This document shows positions 44,917 to 54,241 of a stretch of 64,000 bases of DNA, piece by piece (the stretch's first letter is position 1; the number at the start of each line of letters is the position of its first letter). The notes beneath the pieces are model-generated. The model searched no databases and had not been told where the DNA came from. It worked only from the letters and a program-made list of their open reading frames with translations. Position numbers and translations under genes: made by a program. Origin of the DNA: an uncultured Planctomycetota bacterium. Lineage in GTDB: Bacteria > Planctomycetota > Phycisphaerae > Tepidisphaerales > Tepidisphaeraceae. The DNA lies in the NCBI GenBank assembly GCA_963841915.1, contig CAWJEN010000005.1:32001-96000 (forward strand). The letters run 5' to 3'.

Positions 44917-45525
44917 TTACTTCGGCTGCGTCGCGGGACCGATCGACTTCAAGCTGCCGAGGAAGATCGATGGCCCTACCGCCGCCTGGGCCTCTTCGAA
45001 TGTCGCGAAGTCGCCGGCTTCAATGCGCGTTGCGAGTTCGCCCAGAGCCTCACTCATCGCAGCCGCTTGTGATGCCGACACGGCCTCCTCGACGTAAGGC
45101 CGAAGGTCGACAGCCCATCCGTCCGCCTGCCGGACAAGTTCGACCGCACGGCCGAAGTCGTCACGGATGTAGATCGAATCGACCGGTCGCGGATAGGCCT
45201 CCGGGTCGGCGGCAAACGGTGCCGGCAGCGGGTGCAACGTCATCGGCTGCCCAAAGGCCTTGCGGCTTGCGGCGTCGAGGCGGCCCGTCGCGTCGAGCAG
45301 CACGAAAACCGGCGTCGCCGCCTGCCCTGCCGGCAGGATCACGAGTTCGGCAAATGCTTCAGGATCTTCCGCATCGCCCGCCCGCTGAACCGCCGCCAAT
45401 GTCGCGGTTGCGGCCATGAGCTTGTGGCTCCAAGCGGCCGTGCGAAAGACGTGTGCGGTCCATGCCGCTACACCGCCGATGATGACGGCCGCGAGCAGCG
45501 TCAGCAGCACGGACCGTCGGTTCAA
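44917..45525 (-). CDS. Hypothetical membrane-anchored protein
   Basis: N-terminal TM; start overlaps the stop of the upstream gene. Confidence 0.6.
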   Translation of the reverse strand: MNRRSVLLTLLAAVIIGGVAAWTAHVFRTAAWSHKLMAATATLAAVQRAGDAEDPEAFAELVILPAGQAATPVFVLLDATGRLDAASRKAFGQPMTLHPLPAPFAADPEAYPRPVDSIYIRDDFGRAVELVRQADGWAVDLRPYVEEAVSASQAAAMSEALGELATRIEAGDFATFEEAQAAVGPSIFLGSLKSIGPATQPK

Positions 45526-46616
45526 TTGGGTTTCTCCAGGTAACCCCGCTCGCCAAAGTAGTCGATCGCTTCCTGCACGCCGCGGAAGACTTTGGTGGCG
45601 GTCTCGGTGATGAACGGGCTGGGCGGCCTCTTGGGCATCCAGACGACAAAGACCTCTTTGCCGCCCTCCCAGGCATGGTGCAGCTCTCGTTCGACGCCGC
45701 TCGACAGGCCGGGACCGCCTCCGGGCAGCTCGGGCACGAGGCTGACAATCATGTCGCTTTGGTCGACCATCTTGAAGTCGCGGGCGTAAATCTGGCCCAT
45801 GATGTCGCCGGAGATGTCCAGCACTTGCTGCGTTGGAAGCGTCGTCGGCCCGTCGGCAGCTTCGACCGTCACCGTCGGCTCACCGGCGTCGCGGGCCGCT
45901 TCGCCCTTCGTGTGCAGGACGAACTCGTCGACGTCGGCCGGGTCGAAGCAGATAAAGTGCTCGTACAGGGCTTCCTTGAACCGCTCAATCTCCGCCAGCG
46001 TATCGGGCAGGTCCATCACATGTGTCATCGGGAATGACGGGTAGACCTTCTTCCGCCACGGCTCGAACATCATGCGGTAGACGGTCTTGGCCGTGAGCTT
46101 CTCCCGGCCGCGACTGATCATGTAAAAATGGCCGTGCCCTTTCTGAATGTTGGCCAGAATCTCCGTGGCCAGCAGCTCTTCCTCGCGCCAGACCATGATG
46201 TCCTTGAGCGTGTGCTCGACGTTCCCGTGATCCCGGCTGAGGCGTTGGTGGACGCTCTCGGCGTTGTCGAGCAGCGTCATGTAAACATCTGGGTTAAACG
46301 CCTGCATCTGGTCATAGTCGAATGCGCTGAACAAGCCGTGCCGCCAGCGAAAGGTGGCGTGGGTGTTGACGAGCACGTTGGGCTCGCGGTCGCTGATCCG
46401 CAGGATCTCTTTGAAGGCGGCCCGGCGGAGCGTGTTGAGGCGCGTGATCGGCAGGTTCAGGATGCGACCGCGGGGCACGTCGGGTGCCTCGTCGTACATC
46501 ATGTCACCCACGTGACAGACGGTCAGCTTGTGCCCATTGTCGTGGGCGTGTTGTTGGACGAGGTCGAGATAGGGCTTCTTCTCGACGCCGACCTGGCCGG
46601 TGAAAATCGAACGCAT
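45522..46616 (-). CDS. Archaeal-type adenylate-kinase-like P-loop domain fused to a nucleoside deoxyribosyltransferase-like domain
   Basis: N-term TGQVGVEKK, GDMM, VLVNTHA, QRLSRD; C-term VYPSFPM..RDFKMVDQSD..SSGVERE. Confidence 0.7.
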   Translation of the reverse strand: MRSIFTGQVGVEKKPYLDLVQQHAHDNGHKLTVCHVGDMMYDEAPDVPRGRILNLPITRLNTLRRAAFKEILRISDREPNVLVNTHATFRWRHGLFSAFDYDQMQAFNPDVYMTLLDNAESVHQRLSRDHGNVEHTLKDIMVWREEELLATEILANIQKGHGHFYMISRGREKLTAKTVYRMMFEPWRKKVYPSFPMTHVMDLPDTLAEIERFKEALYEHFICFDPADVDEFVLHTKGEAARDAGEPTVTVEAADGPTTLPTQQVLDISGDIMGQIYARDFKMVDQSDMIVSLVPELPGGGPGLSSGVERELHHAWEGGKEVFVVWMPKRPPSPFITETATKVFRGVQEAIDYFGERGYLEKPN

Positions 46617-46617
46617 G

Positions 46618-47517
46618 TCACACCCTACGCGGCTGCGCGACCGATGCTTGCTGCTCGTGCAACGCGAGGCGGTCTCGCAAGGTCGCCGCCCGCTCGAAGT
46701 CTTCGGAGGCAACCGCCTTGTTCAATTGCCGCTTGAGTTTGCGACGCATCGACTCAGGCACCTGCTCGCGAAGTCGACGCGTGACCTGCTTCAGCGCGGC
46801 GACCTCGCTGCTTTCGGTGTAGGCAATTCTGCCGTCACCTAACCGGCGGAAGTGCCTCTTGATCCGCCGCTGGGCTGAATTGATGAGCTTCAGAGCCGTC
46901 CGCACGTCGCCCTCTGCCGTCGCTTTGGCCGACTCGGCACGGGCGAGCATCATCACTGCGTAAGGCAACCAACGACGCAGCGACAAGAGCGAGGGCGACG
47001 TCGGCGAGGCGTGCGACTGGGCAAACTCGATGGCCGCCAGGTGATGCCGGGCGTCGCGGGCGACGCGGTTCCAACGGCCCATGCCAAACCAGGCGAGGTA
47101 TCGCTTGGCGTAGAGCCGGCCCTCACAGTCGAGCTCAGCTGCGTCGGACTCACCGATGCCGAACGACTCGTGCCGATTGCACCCGCGACGGTGAGCCGCG
47201 AGCGACTGACGCAGCCGGGCCAATGCAGTTTTTTCGGTTGGCACCCCGTCAGGCCGACCCACGGCCCGCATCTGGAGCATGCCGAGCTCGACGCGGACCT
47301 GAAGTTCGACCTCGCCGCTTGCGGTACGAATAAGACGAGCTGCCGACCCGTCGGCCTGACCCTCGTCGCAAGGCCAGGTGGCCAGCAATTCGGTCATGTC
47401 ACGGGCATCCTGGCCGGTCGCCGGTTGATCGACGGCTGCCGGGTCGGGCATGACCTCGACGACCGGCTCGAGGTCGCGGGGGTTGATCGTGTCGTGGGTC
47501 CGCGTCGTGGTTCGCAT
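46618..47517 (-). CDS. UvrB/UvrC-motif-containing protein
   Basis: LQVRVELGMLQM...GRPDG; C-terminal LNKAVASEDFERAATLRD. Confidence 0.8.
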   Translation of the reverse strand: MRTTTRTHDTINPRDLEPVVEVMPDPAAVDQPATGQDARDMTELLATWPCDEGQADGSAARLIRTASGEVELQVRVELGMLQMRAVGRPDGVPTEKTALARLRQSLAAHRRGCNRHESFGIGESDAAELDCEGRLYAKRYLAWFGMGRWNRVARDARHHLAAIEFAQSHASPTSPSLLSLRRWLPYAVMMLARAESAKATAEGDVRTALKLINSAQRRIKRHFRRLGDGRIAYTESSEVAALKQVTRRLREQVPESMRRKLKRQLNKAVASEDFERAATLRDRLALHEQQASVAQPRRV

Positions 47518-47711
47518 AGCGTCGGCTGGAAGAATCGTGCCTCGTCGGGTCCGCTCCGCGGCGGATCTGATCAGTCGCTCCGCAAAGAACTCTAACCCGC
47601 GGCGCGCGCCGCGCGCATGACAACATGGCGCGCAACATGTCGCCGAGCACGCTCCAATTTTTCTGTTTCGCCGCCTGTCTGCTGGACCACTACCGCTTGC
47701 GTTTGCCACCT

Positions 47712-48932
47712 ATGTCGATACCAGATGCCATCGTTGAACACGTCGTCCGCACGGATGAGGAAGAGCTGGTCGACGTCGCCGCCTGGGGCGACATTCCAAT
47801 TGTGTCCACGTTCGGTGAACCGCAAACCGAGTACGCAGCGTTGCACAAGGCGTGCGGCCTTATGGCTCGCGGCGACGTCGGGGTCATCGAGGCGGTTGGC
47901 GAGGAAGCACTTTCCTTTCTCAACAACCTGCTGACGAACGGCCTGATTCAACCCGAGACGAAGCAACCCATGCCCGTCGGCACCGGGTGCCACAGCTTCT
48001 TCTTGAACCTTCGCGGCCGCGTCGTCGCCGATCCAATCGTGGTTCGGACCGGCGACAACAGCGTGCTGATGACGGTCTCTCGGCCTCTTGTCAAGATCCT
48101 TGTCGAGACACTTGATCTGTTCCGCTTTGCAGAGAAGGTGAAGCTTCGCGACGTGTCGGACGAGCAGTATGTGCTGTCGCTGGTGGGCCCGACGGCTGAC
48201 GCGGTGCTGGCAGATGCCGCCGATACGACACCGACGCTGATCGACCGGCCTGACGACTTTCCGGCAACGAGTTTCGTTGCTGCATCCTCCATCAAGTTCT
48301 CCGGGAGCGAAGCCGTGGTCGTCGCCGATGGAATGACTCGCCTTCTGATCGTGCCGAAGGAGACGGCCCTGAGCCTTTGGCAGGACCTGACGACGCGGTT
48401 CGGCGACACGCTGGACGACAGGCGATTCGGGCAGCGTCGCCTGCGGCCGGTCGGCTGGGCGATGTACAACGCTTGGCGGATCGAGCGTGGCGTGCCGGTG
48501 ATGGGTGTCGACTTTGCTCCCGCCCCGCCGAGTCGGCCTGGACCCAAGAAGGACGAAGACGCGCCCGACATGAAAGGCGGCGTCCTGCCTGCCGAAACCG
48601 GGCCGCTCTTCGAGCGTTGCGTCAGCGTCACCAGTGGCTGCTATCTCGGTCAGGAGGTTGTCGCCCGCATGCATGCCCGGAAGGTGCAGGCCAGGAACAT
48701 CGTCGGCATCAAGATGGATGAAGACGCCCTGCCCTCTGCCGGTGCGCCGGTGGAAGTCGACGACGCCGACGTGGGCCAGGTCACGAGCAGCACGCTGTCG
48801 CCTGTTCGCTCAGCTGCCGTGCTGGCGTTGGCGACGGTGAAGCGGCCGCACTTTGAGGTCGGGACGAAGGTCACGGTCCCCGCCGAGGGCAGGCACGCCA
48901 AGGCGACGGTGGTCGCGTTGCCGTTTGTATAA
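47712..48932 (+). CDS. YgfZ/GcvT-like folate-binding protein
   Basis: FLNNLLTN, RIERG.P, SGCYLGQEVVAR. Confidence 0.88.
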   Translation: MSIPDAIVEHVVRTDEEELVDVAAWGDIPIVSTFGEPQTEYAALHKACGLMARGDVGVIEAVGEEALSFLNNLLTNGLIQPETKQPMPVGTGCHSFFLNLRGRVVADPIVVRTGDNSVLMTVSRPLVKILVETLDLFRFAEKVKLRDVSDEQYVLSLVGPTADAVLADAADTTPTLIDRPDDFPATSFVAASSIKFSGSEAVVVADGMTRLLIVPKETALSLWQDLTTRFGDTLDDRRFGQRRLRPVGWAMYNAWRIERGVPVMGVDFAPAPPSRPGPKKDEDAPDMKGGVLPAETGPLFERCVSVTSGCYLGQEVVARMHARKVQARNIVGIKMDEDALPSAGAPVEVDDADVGQVTSSTLSPVRSAAVLALATVKRPHFEVGTKVTVPAEGRHAKATVVALPFV

Positions 48933-48949
48933 GCGGCTGTCGTCGGGCG

Positions 48950-50353
48950 GTGCGCGTGTCCGATAAACGGGTTGTGCCGGCCGTTTCAGAACCAGAACAC
49001 CCGACAATCGTCGCTGTTGTCTCGATGCTCCACGAAGCAGGCGACGGATCGGCCAGACGCTTCATCCGTGACACGGCGGTCCTTCGGCAGACGGTGGATC
49101 GCGTTGCTTCATGCGACTGCATCGACGCGGTCGTCGTGCTTTGCTGGGAAGATCAGGTCGCCGCGGCATCAGGCGTGATGGGCGAGACGGCAAGCATCGT
49201 GCCCGTCGGGCCTCGCGGCACGGACCGGGCGATCGAGCTGGTCCGCCGGAGCCAGGCATGGGCCGACGGCTGGCGTGGCGGCCCGATGATGACGTGTCCG
49301 GCCGATCGCGGCTGGCATGCGACGGCCGTCGAAGCTGTCGCCGACGCAACCGACGCCGCCTTTCTCTACGCCGTCGACGCCTCGTTCGCGCTGCTCGATG
49401 TCGAGCTCACGTCGCGCCTCATCGGCCACGCGATTGCAGCAGCAGCCAAGGCAGAGCCCGTCAGCTTCACGCCCGCGCCGCCCGGGCTTGTCGGCCACGT
49501 CGTGTCACGGGAGGCCGTCTGGCAGCTCGCAAGCCAGGCCGACGCCAAGCGGCAACATCCGGGCTCTCTGTTGCACTACCACCCCGATCGGCCGCGCCTC
49601 GACCCGATCGGTCTCGCCGCCAGCTGTGCCGGGCCGTCTTGGCTGACGCACGGCCTCGGGGATTACCGTATCGATACCGACGCGAGAACCTTATTGGCGG
49701 CCGATGTGCCTGCTGATTTGCAATCCCTCATCAGCAACCCTTTGCCGGAGCGTCGCGACGCGACGGTCGACCTGACGACACGTCGGCGGTCGAAGCCGAT
49801 CTGGCTGACCCGTCAGCCGGACTGCGATCTAGATCTTGAAGCTCTGACTGACCTTCGCCACGCCCGCGTGACGCTGGCCGGCCAGGGTGATCCGCTTTTG
49901 CACCCGCAGTTTGCCGAAGCCGTCGCTCACCTTCGCACGCTCGGTGTCGCGTCGATCCACGTCGAGACCGACCTGCTCGGTGCCTTCGACATCGCCACGC
50001 TCACCACGGCTGGCGTCGACATCGTCTCCGTCCACCTGCCCGCCACGACGGCTGCCACCTACGCGGCCGTCATGGGCACCAACGGGATGGCCACCGCACT
50101 GGGGAACCTCGCCCGGCTCATAACCGCCGACACCGGCATGGTGATCGTCCCGACTTTCACGAAGCTCGCCATCAATGTCGGCGAGATGGAGGGCTGGTAC
50201 GACCAGTGGATCCGCCTGGCAGGTGCTGCGGTGATCCGCGGCCCCGACGCGTTCAACATGTCCCCGGCCGACGATGTTTCTTCGTTGGCCGCCGCTCCTA
50301 TCGCCCGCACCGACCGACAACCTGTCGGCACCGTCCTTCGTCCAGCAGCATGA
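48950..50353 (+). CDS. Cytidylyltransferase-like domain fused to degenerate radical-SAM-like domain (spiro-SPASM-like)
   Basis: VLRQTVDRV..DAVVV and APPGL in the N-terminal half; VDLTTRR (no CxxxCxxC), GDPLLHP and IHVETD in the C-terminal half. Start codon uncertain. Confidence 0.65.
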   Translation: MRVSDKRVVPAVSEPEHPTIVAVVSMLHEAGDGSARRFIRDTAVLRQTVDRVASCDCIDAVVVLCWEDQVAAASGVMGETASIVPVGPRGTDRAIELVRRSQAWADGWRGGPMMTCPADRGWHATAVEAVADATDAAFLYAVDASFALLDVELTSRLIGHAIAAAAKAEPVSFTPAPPGLVGHVVSREAVWQLASQADAKRQHPGSLLHYHPDRPRLDPIGLAASCAGPSWLTHGLGDYRIDTDARTLLAADVPADLQSLISNPLPERRDATVDLTTRRRSKPIWLTRQPDCDLDLEALTDLRHARVTLAGQGDPLLHPQFAEAVAHLRTLGVASIHVETDLLGAFDIATLTTAGVDIVSVHLPATTAATYAAVMGTNGMATALGNLARLITADTGMVIVPTFTKLAINVGEMEGWYDQWIRLAGAAVIRGPDAFNMSPADDVSSLAAAPIARTDRQPVGTVLRPAA

Positions 50354-51099
50354 AGACCTCGTTCAACGTCCTTGGCGTCATCCTCGCCCGTGCCGGCAGC
50401 GTCGGCCTGTCCGACAAGCACCTGCAGCCGCTCCTGGGGCGGCCTGTCATCGAGTGGACGCTCGACCACGTCCGCGCCTCGCCCGGCCTGACCCGCGTCG
50501 TCGTCTCGACTGACTGCCCCACGATCCGCAGGATCGCCCACGCCCGTGGCTTGACGACGATCCACCGGCCGGCCGAGCTGGCAACGAGCGAGGCCAGCGT
50601 ACAGGATGCACTGCTTCACGCCCTCGACGAAGTCGAGCGGCACGGCAGCTTCACCGCCGACGCTGTCGCCTGCGTGTATGGCAACGTGCCCGCCCGCCCC
50701 GACGACGTCTCCGACCGTTGCATCGACAAGCTCCGCCAGACCGGTTGCTGCTCGGTCCGCTCGTACTCGCCCGTCGGTAAGTGGCACCCGCAGTGGATGA
50801 GCGAGCTCGATGACAACGGCGTCGTCCACCCGCTCGCCGCTGGCAGCATCGACCGCCGCCAAGACCTCAAGCCTCTGTTCCTGCACGACGGGGCAGGCCT
50901 CGTCATGCGTCGCCAAGCCCTTGAGTTGGGCCGCACGAGGCGCAAAGACCCCCACGCCATGTTCGGCACCGACCGTCGCGGCATCGAGGTCGCCATCGGC
51001 TCTGCGGTTGAAGTCGACACCGCTCGTGACCTGTCGATTGCCGAGGCGACCCTCCGTAGCCGCGGGTACGGCCGACCGACCGTCCGACTCGCCGCCTGA
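50350..51099 (+). CDS. neuA: Acylneuraminate cytidylyltransferase family protein
   Basis: ILARAGS.GL.DK...LGRP.I.W, VVVSTD, RPAELA, VEVDT..D. Confidence 0.85.
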   Translation: MKTSFNVLGVILARAGSVGLSDKHLQPLLGRPVIEWTLDHVRASPGLTRVVVSTDCPTIRRIAHARGLTTIHRPAELATSEASVQDALLHALDEVERHGSFTADAVACVYGNVPARPDDVSDRCIDKLRQTGCCSVRSYSPVGKWHPQWMSELDDNGVVHPLAAGSIDRRQDLKPLFLHDGAGLVMRRQALELGRTRRKDPHAMFGTDRRGIEVAIGSAVEVDTARDLSIAEATLRSRGYGRPTVRLAA

Positions 51100-51142
51100 T
51101 CATCCAGATTAGTCGCAACCACCTCCAGCCGATACACCGCCC

Positions 51143-52243
51143 ATGCACATCACGCCTGACTCCAGCAGCCGATTGCACCTCGACATCGCCGGCCACGTCG
51201 TCGGTGCCGGTGAGCCTGCATTCCTGATCGCCGAGATCGGCGTCAACCACGACGGCCGACGTGACACGGCCATGCGGCTCGTCGAAGCCGCCTGGGAAGG
51301 CGGTGCAGATGCCGTCAAGTTGCAGGTGTTTTCGGCAGGTAAGCTGGTCCACCCGCGTGCACGGCTTGCGGCGTACCAGGTGGCGACAGGTGCTGCGTCT
51401 CCAAACGAGTTGCTCAAAAGGCTCGAACTCGACGACGAAACGCTCGGCGACGTCGTCGGGGCGATTCGGCAGGCGGGCATGATCCCGATCGCGACGCCCT
51501 TTTCACCTGATGACGTGGATCGCGTCGCCGACCTGCAGCTACCGGCCGTGAAGCTGGCTTCGCCTGATATCATCAACGGGCTGCTGATCAACGCGGTGTC
51601 GGAGCTGAAGCTGCCGATGTTGCTCAGCACTGGCGCGTCGACGCAGGCGGAGATCGACCAGACGGTGTTCAAGCTCACCGAGCAGGACGCGGCCTTTGCC
51701 CTGTTGCACTGCGTCAGCAGCTATCCGACGGCAGACGGTGACGCGGGGCTTGCCAGAATCACCGACTTGGCTGCGCGCTATGCCTGCGTCGTCGGCTACA
51801 GCGACCACACGGAGAACCTGTCGGCGGGCGCATTGGCCGTCGCAGCGGGGGCAAAGATCGTCGAGAAACACCTGACGCACAACCGAAGCGCCCGCGGCCC
51901 GGACCATGCCGCCAGTGCAGACCCGCGGCAGTTCATCGAGTACGCTCACCGACTACGCGAGGCGGAGTCGCTGCTGGGTGCAAGTTCGGCGCGCACGCCG
52001 CTCGAGGCAGAGCTGGACGTGCGGAGCCAAAGCCGTCAGTCGCTCGTGGCCAAGACGACGCTGCCGGCCGGCTCGATCGTGACGCGGGAGTCATTGACAT
52101 GTCAGCGCCCTGGTACGGGTGTGAGCGTTGCGAAGCTTGAAGACATCGTCGGCATGATTGTCACCCGCAAAGTGCCTGCCGGCGCGATGCTCGATTGGGC
52201 GGACGTCAATGTCGCCGGATCGGCGACACAATTGGCTGCCTGA
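51143..52243 (+). CDS. neuB: N-acetylneuraminate (nonulosonate) synthase with C-terminal SAF domain
   Basis: IAEIGVNHDG, ADAVKLQ, STG, HCVSSYP, GYSDHT, EKH, GPDH, RPGTG. Confidence 0.92.
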   Translation: MHITPDSSSRLHLDIAGHVVGAGEPAFLIAEIGVNHDGRRDTAMRLVEAAWEGGADAVKLQVFSAGKLVHPRARLAAYQVATGAASPNELLKRLELDDETLGDVVGAIRQAGMIPIATPFSPDDVDRVADLQLPAVKLASPDIINGLLINAVSELKLPMLLSTGASTQAEIDQTVFKLTEQDAAFALLHCVSSYPTADGDAGLARITDLAARYACVVGYSDHTENLSAGALAVAAGAKIVEKHLTHNRSARGPDHAASADPRQFIEYAHRLREAESLLGASSARTPLEAELDVRSQSRQSLVAKTTLPAGSIVTRESLTCQRPGTGVSVAKLEDIVGMIVTRKVPAGAMLDWADVNVAGSATQLAA

Positions 52244-52258
52244 CGGTGAGGCTGTCAC

Positions 52259-52843
52259 CTAGTTGAAGATCAGCGTCTGCCCAGCGGCAACACCCAGGCC
52301 GATGGCTGCAAAGAGAACTAGCCCGGCCAGGGCGAACAGCTCCATCGTCAGCAGCGACATGATTTCGCCTTGATCGCGGTTACCCGCTTCTGCAGCTTCG
52401 GCGGCGGCTTCGAGGTCGTCTGCGACCTCGACGTACCGCTCGCGGTGACCCGCCGCCCGGGGTCGCACGACGCGCGAGCCATAGCCAGCCACAACGGCCG
52501 CGATGACGAGCAACCCCGTGCGCACGGCCGGGAGCAGGATGTCGCCGCCGTTGTTGAGGATGACGATCCACTCACCGAGCTGGGCGAATGTCATCGCGAC
52601 CATCGCGACGAGCTCGATCGGCCACAGGCGTTTTAGCAGGTCATCGACGATCTGCCCCCCGAGCAACGCCGAGTGTCGGCCGTCAAGATTTACGCTCAGC
52701 ACCGTCGGCAGCGTCGGATCCGCCCGCTCAACCGCGGCATGAATGATGGGCACCGCGAGCACGAGAAACAACGTCGCCCCGAACCACGCTGCCAGCGCAA
52801 ACCAGTACAAGATCGCCACAAGCGTCAGAGCAGAAGGTTCCAC
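52259..52843 (-). CDS. Integral membrane protein (DUF4149-like)
   Basis: Four hydrophobic helices; AAWFGATLF. Confidence 0.7.
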   Translation of the reverse strand: MEPSALTLVAILYWFALAAWFGATLFLVLAVPIIHAAVERADPTLPTVLSVNLDGRHSALLGGQIVDDLLKRLWPIELVAMVAMTFAQLGEWIVILNNGGDILLPAVRTGLLVIAAVVAGYGSRVVRPRAAGHRERYVEVADDLEAAAEAAEAGNRDQGEIMSLLTMELFALAGLVLFAAIGLGVAAGQTLIFN

Positions 52844-52945
52844 GTGGCAAGCCTATCCGGTCTTCGGCTGGTCATTGGCATGGGACCGTCGCTGCGCCGT
52901 TGAACGACCTGCAGCTAAAGCAACGCTTATTGGGAGATCGAACTC

Positions 52946-53103
52946 GAGCCGCGGTCCCACGGGCCGCCGGTCTGAAGATGGAGTATGCACCACTGATGTG
53001 TCTTCCCGGAAAGGCACCCGGCAAAGCAGGAGCCGGTTACCTGAAGCACACAAACCTGGTGCTGTGTTGCTCGTCAGACCGGCGGTCCGTGGGACCGCGG
53101 CTC
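52946..53103. repeat. 158-bp element bounded by 30-bp inverted repeats (REPIN/MITE-like or structured ncRNA)
   Basis: 52946-52975 GAGCCGCGGTCCCACGGGCCGCCGGTCTGA matches the reverse complement of 53074-53103 at 29/30. Confidence 0.8.
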
Positions 53104-53142
53104 TGGGTCTTTGGTCGACAAACATGAGACGGCACAACGACA

Positions 53143-53170
53143 AGTGCCGCACCCGAAAGGGCGCGGCACT
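53143..53170 (-). terminator. Putative terminator hairpin downstream of infC
   Basis: Stem AGTGCCGCGCCC/GGGTGCGGCACT on the minus strand; weak U-tract. Confidence 0.55.
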
Positions 53171-53196
53171 AGTTGTCATCACCCGTCAACGAGCTT

Positions 53197-54081
53197 TCAG
53201 CTCGCCGCGGCAGTTTCTTCTTCGGCCGGGGCTTCCTCGGCAGCAACGTCATCGGTCGCAGCCTCGTCCGTCGGCTCGGGAGCGTTTGGAATCACCGCGT
53301 CCTCGGCGTTCCGCGGCGGGAGGCCGAATGTCGCCTTGGGCTTGGCTTCCGTCTCCTCAGCCGGCTCAGTGCTGGGCAGACGGTCGGGGAAGAGTTTCTT
53401 CTTCGGTGCCTTCGTCTCCCCAGGGGCTGCCGCGTCGACGATCGGCTTATGAGGCGCGTCGGCAATGGCGGTGCCTTTGGTGCCGACGGTAATGACCTCA
53501 CCGACATCGGGGGCACGGACCTTCTTGGCGTCCTTCGTGTCTGGCGAGAGCACCATGTTGCCGCGACGGCCCTGCATACGGAAGTCCTGCTCGACCTTGC
53601 TGATCATGAACAGCTCACGCTTGACGCTGTCCATGATGTCGCGGCCGATCTCCTGGTGGGCCATCTCGCGGCCACGGTACTGGAGCGTGACCTGGACCTT
53701 GTAGCCCTGTTCGAGAAAGCGGCGGGCGTTGTTGGTCTTGATGCCAAGGTCGTGCGGGTCGATCTTGGTGGTGCGGATCTTGACCTCTTTGAGGCCGGTG
53801 TGCCGTTGACTGGCACGCTGTTTATCCGTCTTTTTCTGCTGTTCGTACTTCCACTTGCCGTAATCGAGGATGCGGCAGACGGGGGGCCTGACGTTGGGCG
53901 CGATCTCGACGAGGTCGAGGCCGGCGTCCTGTGCCATTCGCAGGGCCTGATCGGTCGCCACGACGCCCTGCATCTCGCCTTCGGCGTCGATGAGGCGTAT
54001 CGGGCTGATTCGGATTTGTCGGTTGTGGCGGAAAAACGCGTCTTCGCGGGCGTTGTGGTTCCTCGGTCTGCGGCTTCTCAT
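53197..54081 (-). CDS. infC: Translation initiation factor IF-3 with long acidic C-terminal extension
   Basis: N.QIR...IRLID, GLDLVEIAP..PPVCRILDYGKWKYE, KEVKI, YRGRE. Confidence 0.93.
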   Translation of the reverse strand: MRSRRPRNHNAREDAFFRHNRQIRISPIRLIDAEGEMQGVVATDQALRMAQDAGLDLVEIAPNVRPPVCRILDYGKWKYEQQKKTDKQRASQRHTGLKEVKIRTTKIDPHDLGIKTNNARRFLEQGYKVQVTLQYRGREMAHQEIGRDIMDSVKRELFMISKVEQDFRMQGRRGNMVLSPDTKDAKKVRAPDVGEVITVGTKGTAIADAPHKPIVDAAAPGETKAPKKKLFPDRLPSTEPAEETEAKPKATFGLPPRNAEDAVIPNAPEPTDEAATDDVAAEEAPAEEETAAAS

Positions 54082-54241
54082 GCAGTGGTCTCAGGTTCGT
54101 TGAAGGTCGCCGGGGGCCGTGGCGTCTGTCATTGGTCGGCCGGCGGCGGTAGGTCGCTCGTGGGCGTGGCGGGTCCCACCGTGGGACCCGACCAGTCCAT
54201 ACTAACGTACCCGCCGCCGGACGTCTCGCACAAGGATAAAC

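Noticed and set aside
52836..52851. Degenerate parS GGTTCCACGTGGCAAG
   Set aside because: Four mismatches to the consensus and it overlaps a start codon; not counted.
52990..53050. SRP RNA or tRNA-Sec
   Set aside because: No CAGG..GGAA..AGCAG helix-8 arrangement and no cloverleaf.
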